From contig MU004189.1 of the NCBI GenBank assembly GCA_010093605.1, positions 937,834 to 1,001,833 on the forward strand: a stretch of DNA of 64,000 nucleotides, in the 5' to 3' direction. A program made the translations under genes and the position numbers. Origin of the DNA: Lophium mytilinum. Taxonomy: Eukaryota. Below the pieces are notes generated by a model that did no database searches, had not been told where the DNA came from, and saw only the letters and a list, made by a program, of their open reading frames with translations. Numbering within the stretch: the first letter of the stretch is position 1; the number at the start of each line of letters is the position of its first letter. Positions 14,251 to 27,194 of this stretch are shown one piece after another.

Positions 14251-15565
14251 AGGATATGGTGGATTGTAATCCACCGTTTGAATTGGAAACTAGTGAAAAT
14301 AATCTCAATATGATCAAAATACGAATTCTGACGTTGAAGCAATACCATCAAAGCGTATAATGAAAGCAAATTCCACTATGCAGCAAGGATTAGGATGTGT
14401 GCCGAGAGGAGGGGCAGAGTTAAGACAACCACATTAAGCTTAGAGCTCCGCGGGGGAGAACTTCATTCAACATGTCCCACTTTCAGACTGCTTTCTTATC
14501 CTCCGAGGACAAAGATAAAGCCCGCAGTACACCATTATCATATTGGCTGGATCAGAACACATGCGCCGCATCGGTTTGGAACCGCGTTCAATTAGGACAC
14601 GATCCTGCTTCCACAAGCTCACTCAGTCTGACCTAGTCTAGATAGGGCAATTGAAGTTCTCGATACTTCGCGTATTCTCTCTGTCGAGCTGACCACATTC
14701 ACCACGCTAAACCAACTTCATTCTTACACCGCACAATCTGAAAGCCAAGGAGACCGCAGGATCAGGCCTTGGACCGGAACCGGAATACGTTGATTCCTTG
14801 CCCAGGCTACTAGGGAAGAAGCGAGCTGTCCGCCAGCCGAGAAGCCGCCAAGAAGAAGACCTGAGCCAATGGTGCCATCAAAAGCATGAGCATTTCTGTG
14901 CGCCTGATTTCAGATGAGTGATGTGTAGCGGTACGGGATCGGGGGTCTTACCACTGCCCATTTATCGAACTCTCCAGCTGCATCACTTCTTAGCTTCTTT
15001 CTTAACGCCATGACACCCTCCGCAGATATACTTGGGTTATTCAACACTGACGACAACGATATATATACAATCACTGCTTTATCGAAGAATCAGATACTCT
15101 CGAAGAATCAGATATCCAACACTAAGAGGATCTGCAGTCAATGGGATGAGTAAGTAGACACCGTCATCTGCAACACTTCTGCTCACATAGCGCATTAGGT
15201 TCGTAAAGACGTTTCGACTACCAGATAGCCTTTTGGGATTTTCCGCGCCTCCAACATGCAAACAACTGACTATTTTCTTCCTTCACGTTGCACGAACCTC
15301 GAAGGGCACGATCAGGAAACAGCCCACAGTCCAATATCTGCAAAAACTTTGGATGTTCGTTAAGAAGTTGGTCAGAGAGCGCACTGACTTTCGTTATCCA
15401 AAAGCGGACACCTTACTTCGTGCGCATAGTATATAGTTCAGCCGTAGAGAGCCTTACGCTTAACACGCCTCATAATAAAATTTTGTCTTTAACAACTTGA
15501 TGCGCCCGTACTCCGTGCCCGTGACGCACGCTCGCGTCCCTCACAGAAGGGGAATGTAAGGCGGA

Positions 15566-17107
15566 CTATTTACTAACAGGCGGAATTCCTGTATCATCTG
15601 ACCGAAGTCTATCGTAATCTTGCGAGGCCTCCTCTTTAATTATAAGCTCAGCATTGTTGCCCACCAGCAGCCGAAGCTTTTCCTTGGCCGCCGACGGAAA
15701 AGCAATCCGAGCCCTAACAATCTCGAAATTCAGACTGTCATGCGGACGATACGCTACATCATATTCCGTATCCGGCTCAGCCAGCTCTTCTTCAGTCGGC
15801 GGGCGATCCCTATAGAACCGCTTTGTGTTCCGGCCCACGCCACGAATCTCCATGCGTCTCATAAGCAGCCACGGAGCCTCGAGCAATACCGGGAGGATCC
15901 AATTCCGGAAAAGTCGGTCCATGGGGCGGTGCTCGCTTGACGGCCTGCCACGGCAATAGGCCCTCGTCCCAGCTAGCTCGTTGCGGTTCGGGCCTTGCTC
16001 GAAGAAGAAATATTGGAGGGTAGGGCGGACAGATGCAAGGAAGCGCGCCCAGCAAGAGTATAGACGATTGTCACGCGGGTTTTCGCTATACTCTTCGTAT
16101 TCGCCAACCGTCCCGATCCGTAGAGAAGTGAGTGAAGAGCAACAGCCGACGATCGGATCGAGTGCGCCAACCATCACCCTCGTGTTTACCACGACGCTTA
16201 AAGTTGACTCGTGTTGTTCGAAGTATTTAGCCAAGGCGCGAAGATGACTGAGTTTTGGCAGCGGTGGTTCTGTATCCGCCCATTGCATTAGATTGTCCAG
16301 CTCTAGGGTCTGCAGGCGGTGCGCCGACGAATTGGGGTATGAAGCGTCTCCAAGGATGCAGCCGACAAATTCAAGAGTCATACGGCCAACTAAGCGAACT
16401 GAAGTCGCCGATCGAAAGAGTGGACCCGGAAGAGTAACTTCTCTCCATGACCTAATCAAGTTAGAGATGTCGTGTCATGGGAGGACCTGCCGCACCTAAT
16501 ACAACAAATATCGATTCTCGTGACCTTGGTAAAGCTCCGGAATGTCTGCCAAAGAGGTTCTGGCTCCTTATTAGCGATTGTTGCCAGCAACAGCGTTAGA
16601 TGACTTGCCATCCTCAGGTACAAAATCCAATTCCTCTTCATCGGATTCGCTTTCACGGCCGCTATCTAATAGACCCAACTCCTCGCTCTCGTCCAACTGG
16701 CCGTAATCCGTGAGAAGAGTCCATTGCAATTTGCGCACATGCTCTCCGTAAGCGGGTGCCTTGTTCAACGTTTCAATAAACTTTCTTTGCTTTTGAAATA
16801 CTTTCTCGTCAAGATCCGTGAATTCTCTGGAGACAAAATGTGGAGGGACAAGAACCGTAGGTACCCCAAGAGGCTCGCATTCTATGTCGGCATTGTGGGA
16901 GCTAAGGTCAATTTCGCGATACAGCTCAGGCACCTAAGAGCTATTAGTAGAAGCTCGGAACTTATCGAGGACGCGCATGTATACCCAACTATCGCGCACG
17001 AAGCGACAGGTTTCGCAAAGGTGCTTGATATCCGCGGTCGCGCACAGTCTTATAATGGTGCCCAGCACTTCTGCTGGCAGTTCTAGGATTGAAGTGAAAT
17101 GGTCCAT
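15566..17107 (-). CDS. F-box domain protein, 4 exons (one GC-AG intron)
   Basis: Exon 1 MDHFTSILELPAEVLGTIIRLC...LCETCRFVR is an F-box. It splices to VPELYREIDLS, then via introns at 16560-16608 and about 16454-16497 into ORF 15566-16459. Confidence 0.8.
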
Positions 17108-18200
17108 AAGACAGACCCAAACTCGTCCTCTGCAGTTTTAACGTGGTCCTTTCCGTAAATGTCCCTTAGAAACTTTTGGGACTCGAGAAGTTGGGGTATA
17201 TCGTGAGGGTCGGCAGCGTAAACGGCGAGTGAAGTATCGCGAGAATCCAGAAGACTGGGAGTTTCGGAGCTTCTAGTCCACACGTCATGGGTCGGAATTG
17301 ATAATACCATGCCGGTATAGACGAGCAAGATGAATCGGAAATGTAATTTTGAATAGAGAGAAAGGTAGAAGACTTCGCCAGGGCGACTGGCCGGCGTCTT
17401 TTAAAATCGTCCCTCCGGAAAGGCACGTATGTCAATGCGTCCAGTCTACCTTGTATGCTTGTCACACATAGGAAGGACTGCGGTAGAATCCTACAGGATC
17501 AGAGGAAGAAGGCACGGAGTTTTATGCGGATCGATAAGTGTGGAAATCTGTTGGAGCCACAGAGAGGAGACTGCGGATCGGCACAATGGACTTGAGTAAA
17601 ATTCCGCAAAAGCAGACGAACAAGCCGTCGAATTTCATTTGGATCCAGAAAGCCAAAGACTGGTTCGAAGAAACCTAACCGTGCCACGGGGTGACTGAAG
17701 ATGTCCAGTGGAGGCAGTGAAAATGCCACGCACAGCCAAGCTCAAGATATAGCATGTGTATGTGGAGAGAAGGCAGAAGAGACCAGTGCTGTCAAAAGAG
17801 ACTGTGGCAGCTGGAACTTCCCACAAAGTTGGTGTTTTGTGGACGTACGAGGATGACGTCGATCACTGTTCTCATTGGTCGCCTCTGATCGGGACCATAT
17901 GCCTTCCCACCAGGGGTTGAACTAGATTGATTCAACACTGTTTAAGGTGCTTTAATGCATATCCGATGTCTCAACACTGCGCTTTTCGGCATTCTAGTAA
18001 ATCTCAATTTCCCCCTAAACAATGTTATCGATGTTTCAGTTTCGATGGCGGACATATGGCATCAGGGCATTATCAATTGAGCATGTAGTAGAATCAGCGG
18101 CCTAAATAATTTTTTGCAGACATTCGATACCAAGTCTTCGAAATGAAACGAAAAGAGATGTGACAACAAGATCCAAAAGTAAGCGCGAGCTCAAAACACA

Positions 18201-19818
18201 TCAGTTGTCACCGTTGACGTTCCCCCACGCATCTCCTGGGACGATCTCGCTATAAGCGCTTTGAGCATTTTGATACGTAGTGCAAAGACCCGTGTTGCCG
18301 TCAAAGACATACACATTGCAAAACAACTGCGCATCGCAGTAGTTGACGCAGTCCTGCAAAGTGGCCTGGGTACTTGAACTCATTGAGGTTTGACCGCTGA
18401 AATTGTCGAGGGACTGGTCGCAGTGATTGTAGTAGTAATAATTGGCTGGAATGGGAACGTAAGCTTGTGTGCGAGAGAAAAGGCAGGTACCGGACTGGCG
18501 GGTGGAGAGATAGGCAGGGAGGGTAGAGCAAGTACGGGTGTAAGTGTTGGAAGTGGAATGGTAGAACTTACCCCCATAATAGTAGCCGTCGTGGCAGCCG
18601 GCCAAACAGCCCGCAGACTCAGTCGCGGTGCCGCCGTCAACTGTAGTCGTAGCCTGGTCGTTTTCCGTCACTGTGGCTGCGACCTCTGTCGTGGTTGTAG
18701 TGTCGGTGAAGACGGTATCTGTAGCTTCGAAGTCAATTGTCACGGTCGCTGCGATGCCAGTAGTGGCAGTGATGGAAACGGTGGCTAGGGCTACGGTTCC
18801 GGTGGTGACCGTCGCGCATGGCTGGGCGGTTTCAATACACGAGCAGACAGTGCTGATGACGCTGTTGGCTGCGGACGCTAGGCTGGAGAGTAAGCTTGCC
18901 TTCGCGTCGCCCTTGCTCGTCGTCGGTGTAGCAGAAGTGGATTTCAGGGTCGAGGTAGATTTCGCGGTTGAGGTAGACTTTGGTGTTGAAGTTGACTTGG
19001 GCGTAGAAGTCGACTTGGGCGTAGAAGTCGACTTGGGCGTAGAAGTTGATTTGGACGTAGACGTTGACTTGGGTACAGCACGCGCGTCGTAGCGTCCGGC
19101 TCCTCTCTTGGTAACTCTCAGTGAAGTCGAAGCGGCAGATGATGTTGTCGAGGGCACAGATATTTGTTCCAGTACAATGAACTCTCGTTTCTGCAAGTCC
19201 TCATTGGCGACATCGCGCCTCTGCATCTTAGGAGCCTAGGGCAAGGATTTTCAGACTCGTTCGACGTTGGACTGATACTTAGAATCATTAGGAAAACTTA
19301 CATTCCCGTCAACTGTGCAAATGGTACTTGTTGAGTCGTAGGTTGTGACGGTAGAAGTGTCCGTGAAATCTGTAATGGTCACTGTGGCGGTCGTGTCCGT
19401 CTCTGGGAATCATCATGATCAGCTTTATTCTGCGTCGGGGTCTAGGATAATGGGGAAAATTACCCGTCTCAGTGGCTGTAGTTGAGGTTATGGTAGTTGT
19501 ATCTGTTGCCACCGACACAGTTATGGTGTCTAAGGGTCATTGCTGTCAGTATGAGCCGACCAGGGGGGTTGGATACTGACCTGTGGTAACGGTGGCTGTG
19601 GCAACAGTAAGGGAAACAACGCTTTGCGAAGTAATTGTTGTAGTTGCAGTGCACGGCTTGAGGGGAAACTTTGAGGAGCAGAACGATTGGGCTGGCACAT
19701 ATATAGATAACGGGGTAAAGAAAGAATAAGGTGCTTGAGTGCACACATTACCAGCCGCGGACACGGCTGTGATGGCAACGGCGCTGAGTGAAGAAACGAG
19801 CAAGGCAAGATGCACCAT
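18201..19818 (-). CDS. Secreted Ser/Thr-rich adhesin-like protein with C-terminal PAN/apple-like domain, 4 exons
   Basis: Signal peptide MVHLALLVSSLSAVAITAVSA; three GT-AG introns; Thr-rich tracts and STSTPK repeats; C-terminal TLQDCVNYCDAQLFCNVYVF...LC pattern. Confidence 0.82.
18930..19075 (-). repeat. 18-bp coding tandem repeat (KSTSTP)n, about 7-8 copies
   Basis: Repeated gtagaagtcgacttgggc and variants on the + strand. Confidence 0.9.
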
Positions 19819-21646
19819 TTTGATTGACTAAACGGGAGTGATATGGAGAAAACGAATTGGAATACCAAAAGAGACCACACGGAAGAACAGTTGATGCCGT
19901 TCATGAGTGTTTATGAACAGCGCTGCAATATGACTAGCTCATGCCGGTCCTCAGCTGGAATTTGGAGCTCAACAGTTCCATGCTTGTGGCTAACTTCAAC
20001 ACCGAGTAGAAAGTCCAGATGAGATCCAAAGTAGAGGAGCTGGAAGGAATTCAGGCAGGAGTGTCACACACTAACGCACTGATCGGACCTTTCAAGGTGC
20101 GGAGGAGACCTAGCTAAGGATTAAGCGCAAGCGACGCAGAGCTGTCTGATGGTGGCTGAATTTCCCGTTGCTGGAAGCTCGATCGGGAATTGAAGCTACA
20201 GGGTTGTGCAAAGGCCATGGCCGCTCTAGAGTCACACGTTATGTCGGTGACATCAACGTGGCTTCGCTTGACCATTTCAGACGCCTAACCTTGGTGTTGC
20301 TAGTAGATCCTTCTAGTACCGCAACGTAGTTCTGGGTCTAGATTGAGCTGTCAATTACGGAAGGGGCTTGGCAAGCTTCCATTCAGCACTAGAGTATGCA
20401 GTGAGCTAGTACGCTAAAGCAAGCTTGATATATAGCCCTACCGAGCGTGGCGTTTTCCATACCTTTGCACTCGCGAGAGAAGACGGCATAGACAAGAACC
20501 TTTTGCGAAGTCTTTTGCATTGCCCTCTGATTAGCCGAACGAGTTGGCCTTTTTCTTACCCCATCCTCAACAATGTGTTTTCAGCGCTTGGGAATGCGAT
20601 GACATTTTGAAGTAGCGGGATCAGCTAGACGTGCCGTCTTCTTTCGGAAAGTCTGAAATCCACTATTGGCGCACTATTTTAACATGCATCTCCTAGCGTA
20701 TCATGTCGCCGGAAGATAGAGGCCATACTTTGCTGGGTTAGGGGATCTACTAGCGATTCATTTGAAACAAGGCAGTAGGAGGGCTGAAAGATACTTCAGC
20801 ACATACCGAGGGATAAGAGAGCTGAACGACAGCCTGGCGTCAATTGTAAGCCTGCAGGCCTTGCTGCAGTGCTGGGAAGTCACCATTGGCCGTGTGTCGG
20901 GCGTAGCGCAAGCATTCATGAAGGTTGCCACGCGCATTGGTACCTCTGATCAACGCGAGCTACTTGTACAAGGGGGTAACCTAAGCGGGCCGCCAGCGCT
21001 CCTGCTAGCGTTGGGGTAGCTTTAGCCATATCGAGCGTAGCTTTTTAAGCAGTACTCTGTGAGTTACAAATATAACCGAAGCTGCCAGACTAGGTAGGCC
21101 ATATATACAAACAAAAAAGAGAAGAAAATAGCTTGGTATGCCAGGCCGAATCTCATACGCCGGAACCGTAGCAGTCATTCACCTCTCCTTCTTCGCTAGT
21201 TCTATCCAGTCCTTCGAGATCCGGGAACCCGGCTCTCTTTCCGTGAGCGTGAACTTGCGTAATCTCTTCATCGCCACGCGGGCTGGAACCATGAGAAGAT
21301 TGGCAGCGCTCTTGGTGTCTCTCGAGATACAATCTCTTACTCTCTTCGAAAGACTACCTGGACTCCTCAAAAGCAGAGAGGAATGGAAGCCGAATATTGA
21401 TACGCTAACACGACAGCGCCTTATTACCCGCGCTAAGTTTGATCGGTTCCACCCACGGAAGCCATTTGAAGAGATTGCTGTCTTAGAAGGGTCTCTGCCT
21501 GCAAGCGATCCTTATATAACGCCTTCGAAAAGGAGGGCTACTTTCGCCGCATTGCCACAGAAAAGCCCTTTATTCCACCTGAACAACGAGATGCCAGGCT
21601 AAGATGGGCTTATTCTCATCTTGAACGAACTCCTGAAATGTGCGCA

Positions 21647-21832
21647 GCGGTAATATGGACTGATGAGGCGTCTATTCTAACCGGTGGAGGCCAGATCTTC
21701 GTCACTAGAAGCGCTGAGGAGAATCACGATATTGATTGTTGTGTCCCTAAATTTAAAGGCTATCCAAGCTAGATGATCCACGGTAGTATCTCCTATAGTA
21801 ATAAAGGGCCTTTAGTTGTTTTTGAGGAGGAT
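21647..21832 (+). mobile_element. Tc1/mariner transposase fragment (relic)
   Basis: Translates as AVIWTDEAS...FVTRSAEE...CCVPKFKGYPS*MIHGSISYSNKGPLVVFE. This carries the first DDE aspartate motif, with TAG at 21770 in a position typical of W (TGG). Confidence 0.75.
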
Positions 21833-21974
21833 TGTCCATTCAACTTGGCTATAAAAGGAAGTGTAAGCCTGAAGGCACCAATCAACGCAGGACTTGATAA
21901 GGGGCCCAAGCTTCTCGCAGCGTTAATCAATGCGCGCCGCCTCGCCTTTGCCGCTCACAATCATCGTCGATAAT

Positions 21975-23780
21975 ATGTTAACAAAAGGCATTGCCCGATC
22001 AACTTCCCGCTTATATGTTCTATCGATCAACCCCTCCGTTCGTCTCGCAGCCCGAAGATCACTGTCAACCACGATACTACGCAAAGCACCTCAAACTTCA
22101 GCACGCAGATTGGGTGAATATTACTTTTCTATAGCTCACTAAAAAATGTTCACTGATCTGGTTTGCGCAGATATTTCCGATGATGTATCCTTATTTTCGT
22201 ACACCTCAGGGCGCTATCTGTTCAACGAGAACTTGAGGTTGGAGGAACGTCATGTAAAGTTCAACGTTGAAGCCTTGCAGCGTGCAGCCGAAGCCTCCGT
22301 TGGCAATAAACATGGCAAGAGTGTCAGCACGAAAAAACTAGCCGAGGGAGGCTTTAATCGAATCTTTATCCTCGAATTCCCGGACGGTTTTGAAGTGATC
22401 GCCAAGATCCCATACCACATAGCCCGACCAGAACATTTCGCCACAGCTAGTGAGGCCGCCACGCTTACGTTCCTTCGGTTGAAAGGCATACCGGTCCCGG
22501 AAGTATATAGCTACTCCGCAACGGTGGAGAATCCCGTCGGGACCGAATATATCCTCATGGAGAAAGCTCCCGGGGTCTGCCTCGCATCTAAATGGTTGGA
22601 TCTCCAAGACATCGAAATACGAAGACTTGTGCATAGCTTCGTTGAAGCCGAAAAAAAGTTATTCGAGATCCCTTTCAGCGCCACAGGTAGCTTGTACTTC
22701 AAGAAGGACATTCCATCTAGTACACAGGCTCCACTGTATACAGGAGAACATGCTACGGAAGAAAATCAATTCTGCATCGGGCCTATCGCCGACTATATGT
22801 TTTGGTATGGTAGAAGAGCTAGGTTGAAGCTAAACCGCGGACCATGGAAAAACCACGTTGATTACCTTCAGTCGATAGCGCAGAGAGAGATAGACTGGAC
22901 GCAACTTTACGGCGGACCGATGGAACCCGACTTCCCCCACAACGATTTGGGACTAGGACTTCAACGTCCAGAAGACTATCTCAAGCTTTTAGAATGCTAT
23001 CAGCTGTTGACGCCACACCTGCTACCAAAAGATCCCGCGCACGCCTTTAACCAGCCTACTCTTCGTCACCCTGACCTCACCCCCGGCAACATATTTATAA
23101 CGCCCGAGACAGGCCGGGTCTCATGTCTTATTGATTGGCAGCACGCCATCGTCCAGCCGCAGCTCCTCGCCGCTGGCTACCCTCGCGCATTCGAGAATCC
23201 AGACGATGAGCTTTCCCCCGAGTTGATAGAACCTAAGTTTCCAGAGGAACTAGCATCCTTGCAAGAGGAAGAGAGAGTGGCGGCGCGCGAGCTCTATCGT
23301 CGGCGGCTCCTCTTCTTCGGTTACCGAGTGATGAACGGCCATTTCAACCAGCCCCACATCGCGGCCCTTCGTGACCCCCTTCTTCTCGGTCGCCAGATGC
23401 TCGTGGATAGGGCCGGCCGTCAGTGGGAAGGCAATCTCACAACGCTCAAAGGAGCTGTTGTACGTTCGGCCCGGTTCTGGGAGCACTTGCCCGATGTTGA
23501 GGATGTCAAGTGCCCAGTACAGTATGATCAAACTGAACTGGACGAGTTCGCAGAGCATGAGGACGGCTGGCTGAAGATGAGCATAGCGGTGGAGCAATGG
23601 AGGAAGAGGGTCTGTAATATGAACGAGGAAGGCTGGGTCCGAAATGAGGATTATCAGGAAGCAAAGAAGCAACTTGCGGAGCTGAAGGAAGAGATTCGAC
23701 TGCAATGTGAAGGAGACGAGGAAGATATTCAAGCGTTCCGGACAGGCTGGCCATTCCGAGACCGCGAACAAATTGATTGA
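21975..23780 (+). CDS. APH/choline-kinase-like phosphotransferase (AIM9-like) with probable mitochondrial presequence, 2 exons
   Basis: KKLAEGGFNRIF, VIAKIP, SEAATL, YILMEKAPG, HPDLTPGNIFI, IDWQ. Arg/Ser-rich first exon; intron 22114-22170. Alternative start at 21930. Confidence 0.88.
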
Positions 23781-24479
23781 AACTTGAGAGGGTTTGTTTC
23801 TTACAGCGCTTCTACTTTCTCGCTTCTTTCTTTAGCCTTTCAATGCTCCTTATTGGGTGAACGACTTATTAAGAGTGACATTCCTGATATCTGAATGAGT
23901 CATGAAATCAAAGAGCTAGTAAGCATCTCACCAAAGTGCGACGTTGGTAGCCGCCTCAATTCTCTTCGCCGATTACCTCCGCGGCCTAACTGCCTTTGGT
24001 CCATCCTTTTGATCTCCGGTTATATAGTTTTATCCTCGAGTCCCTTCTATAGCTTATCGAAGCACTGTAACTTACTCCTTCCATTCCTGATATCGCGCCA
24101 TCAAGCGCTGCTAACATAACCCACTATGGCTCTACGGGGCTGGTTGCACGGTCCTGTTCTTCCCAGAATCGAAATACGCCAATGTATTCTCCACAAGGCA
24201 CTGTATCAGCGGACGTATTCGGTGATTCCAGTTTTAAATATATGATTGTCTATGATTCTATCCCGTACTAACGGCGCTGTTGAATCCTAACCCCATGTTT
24301 GCTAGGCTTACTTACTGTCAAAGGCAAACCCGCAACTAGCGCGCTGGCAAAAATAAAACACGCCAACCCGAAAGTCGTAGTACTGTCCTGAAGAGAAATG
24401 GAACGCGGAGTTACCAGGATATGGAAGCCCAAGGTAGCTTGAATTCCATGATAACTATATTGATAGTGATGGCGAATAC

Positions 24480-27194
24480 CTAAGCTGAGGGTGTATGCAC
24501 GGTGCAAACCCCACTCGCGTCCGCCGAAGAACGAAGAGCCAACATTGCCGCTTTAGATACATACCATGTTTTCAAGGCACGCACTTGATCTATCGTTCCC
24601 GAGGGCTCAGATCCAGCCGTGGCCCTTATCCAGCCAAAGAGGTCTTTCCGAATGATGTCTCCCGATAGCTTTAAGAGGTCCATTGAGAATACAAAGTCTG
24701 GTCGATTGTCTTGATAATTTCGGCTATTCCTGGGAACCTTCGATTTGCGCACCGTGCTGTATATTTCATCTTTGAACAGTGTCCAGATCAGCTTCGAGGC
24801 GACCGCGAAATCATCCACCTGATCCACCCGGCCATCCATGATATACAAGCAATAGTTTTGGCGCGATCCATCCGGGAAGTAGTCCAGATCCGGCGTATCT
24901 GCATACACCAAAATCTTGCTTAGATGTTTTTCACAGGAAGGGAGGCGATCACCGTCTTTCCAAGCCCGCCAAAGAGCTCTTCCTTCCGAGTCAAGGCCAG
25001 TCGAAGCTCGAAGGAATGGTTCCGAAGGTTCGCGATTCCCGATCCGATATTTTTCGTAGATAGTATGCACGGTGCCCTGCATTACAACTCCTGGACTCGC
25101 TTTGTCTTCATCCAGCTTGAAAGTCACTCTGGATAGTTCGAATTCGTGCAAAACACCGTCCCTGTCTAGAGCGCGAACATTTTGCGGCTTTGCAACCGCT
25201 ATCATGTATGTGCGTCGACTGAGCGAGGCAACGAAATCATGCCGGACGCTGCGTTGCCGAAGACGATCGAACACGAAAAGAAGATCCGATGTGCAGCATT
25301 CTGGTGGAGAGAATGGGGAACGCCTTATAATACCCCGGTATCCGGCTTGTTGGAGAAGCAATTCCCTTGCATCATCTGTCGCAGCCAAGTATGTCAACTC
25401 CCGAACCTGCTCCCAGACAGGGTTTATGTAGTAAGATATTCGGAACTGTACAAAAACTTTTGGCTTCTGGTTCATGCGGTTGAGCCTGAAACGAGTATGG
25501 CCAGTCCATTGGCTTTCGACAGCATCGAGTACATCTTCGCTCTCAAGAGCGACGCAGCGACGGCTAAGTAGCGATATGACCCCTCGTACGAATCGTGTAG
25601 CGGCGTTGGGATTTTCGAAGGTTTGCAGGATTGTTTCTAGATTATCTCGAGTTATGACCAGACCTCGAAGACGAGACTGAATCTGTCTGGCATCCTTCAC
25701 TACGCCGGTTTTCGTCCTAAAGCGATGGAGTAGATCGGAGGTATCTTCGCTCTCTGAGGCTGCGTCTGCTGCAACTGGAACACCGAGTAGCTCTTCTGGG
25801 TCGATATCCTGCCCTTCCATCCACGGCTGAATTTCTCCCTGAAGAGAATAGACATCCGGATCAATAGTCATGGTGTCGGTGTAATTCGCAGCGGTGTAAT
25901 TCGCAGCAGTGAGTGTTCTCAGTTGTCGCAAGATATTTGGTCGGAATGCGTCCCGAGCCCAGTCCACAATGAAGTCAACGATCAGAATCAACTGCAATGT
26001 GTCGTCGATACCGGTGATACTGCCGCCCCAAAGGTAATTAATCACCTATAAATTATTAGCATTAACATAACTTCTGATCGAATAAAGTTCATGCCTACGT
26101 ATTTTGGCCTTCCCTCTCTCTCTTGAATATGCCCTGCGTATACACGCCAGTCTTCGCCACGATTTGCCAGGAACCATACAAGAGGACCACCAGGAACATC
26201 CATTGTGTTACCAGGGTATCGCCAGAGCTCATATTGAAGCTGTAAAGCATGCTTGATTGGGAAAGAAGTTTGGGTTTCCATTTGCCCGAAATTCTTGGCT
26301 CCTTTTTCGCGTTTCGCTTCTGAAATGAGGAACGGGAAAAGCAATGGAGATCCTCCATTATCGGGGTTCATAGTGGTTTTGACGAAATCGTCCAATAGTC
26401 TTGGAGCCTGAAGCGGTGGATCGTCGTGAGCGTACGGCGATTGGAGGATCTGGTCAAAGTTCTTCGTCCGTTGCAAGCCATGAATTCTATCTGGCCTTTT
26501 CGTTGGACTAGGTGTGAATGAATCATGCGCGAGACAAGGCTCCTCGGTCCGGAAGGAGAACAGCTCACTTAGGCCTGAATCCAAGGCTGAACTATTGAAT
26601 CGATTAGCGGTTCGTTCCTTCGGGCTTCTAGAGAAAAATAAACTCACTATTCGTCTATGCGACCGGTCGCGTTGCATGCGCATGCTTGCCTCTTCTGTTG
26701 ACGGTCCCTTAACGAACTGGTCCGACTATTACTTGAATTCGGGTCTACCTCCATTTCAGACCTCCACAACCTGCCGCGACAAGTTTTGCTGGAAGTTCTT
26801 AGCACTACGTATTAGGTTGATCTGAAAATGAAACTAACCATGCAACCTCAATGTCGAATCTCTCGAAAAGCCTCTGCTCAATTTCGTATCTCCAACCAGA
26901 CTCGTTTCGATTTTCCCTTCGACATCTTGCAGCAAATTGCATGAGTCGCCAAGCCCTTCTCTTGTTTTCTAGTTCCCATGGTTTATCCGGGGTGTTGCCA
27001 TTCGGTACGAACCCATAGTTGGCATACGAAATGCGCCCGAGGCTTTGAATAACCGCGAATTTGTTTTTATGCGCAGTGGGTACATCATTCACTGTAATGG
27101 GATTGTATTTCACCGAATTGAACTCGATTCCTTGCCGTTTTGCTTCCCTCCTCAGGTCCCGATCTTCATCATCTTTGCTGTGTCGCATGACCAT
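24480..27194 (-). CDS. Hypothetical protein with PD-(D/E)XK nuclease-like domain, 4 exons
   Basis: Splicing at three GT-AG introns gives ...FDIEVACKTCRGRLWRSE...ACAC...RPDRIHGL...LLFPFLISEAKREKG...QT...VWFL...WRVY...LWGGSI...DFIVDWA. Confidence 0.78.

Noticed and set aside
17166..17830. Possible second decayed F-box fragment (FEPVFGFLDPNEIRRLVRL)
   Set aside because: Similarity is too weak and short to support without a search.
20400..21602. Protein-like fragments upstream of the Tc1 relic
   Set aside because: Could not be assigned to any family or reading direction.
25878..25910. 15-bp in-frame duplication (TAANYTAANY) in the nuclease-like gene
   Set aside because: An ordinary slippage event with no evident significance.
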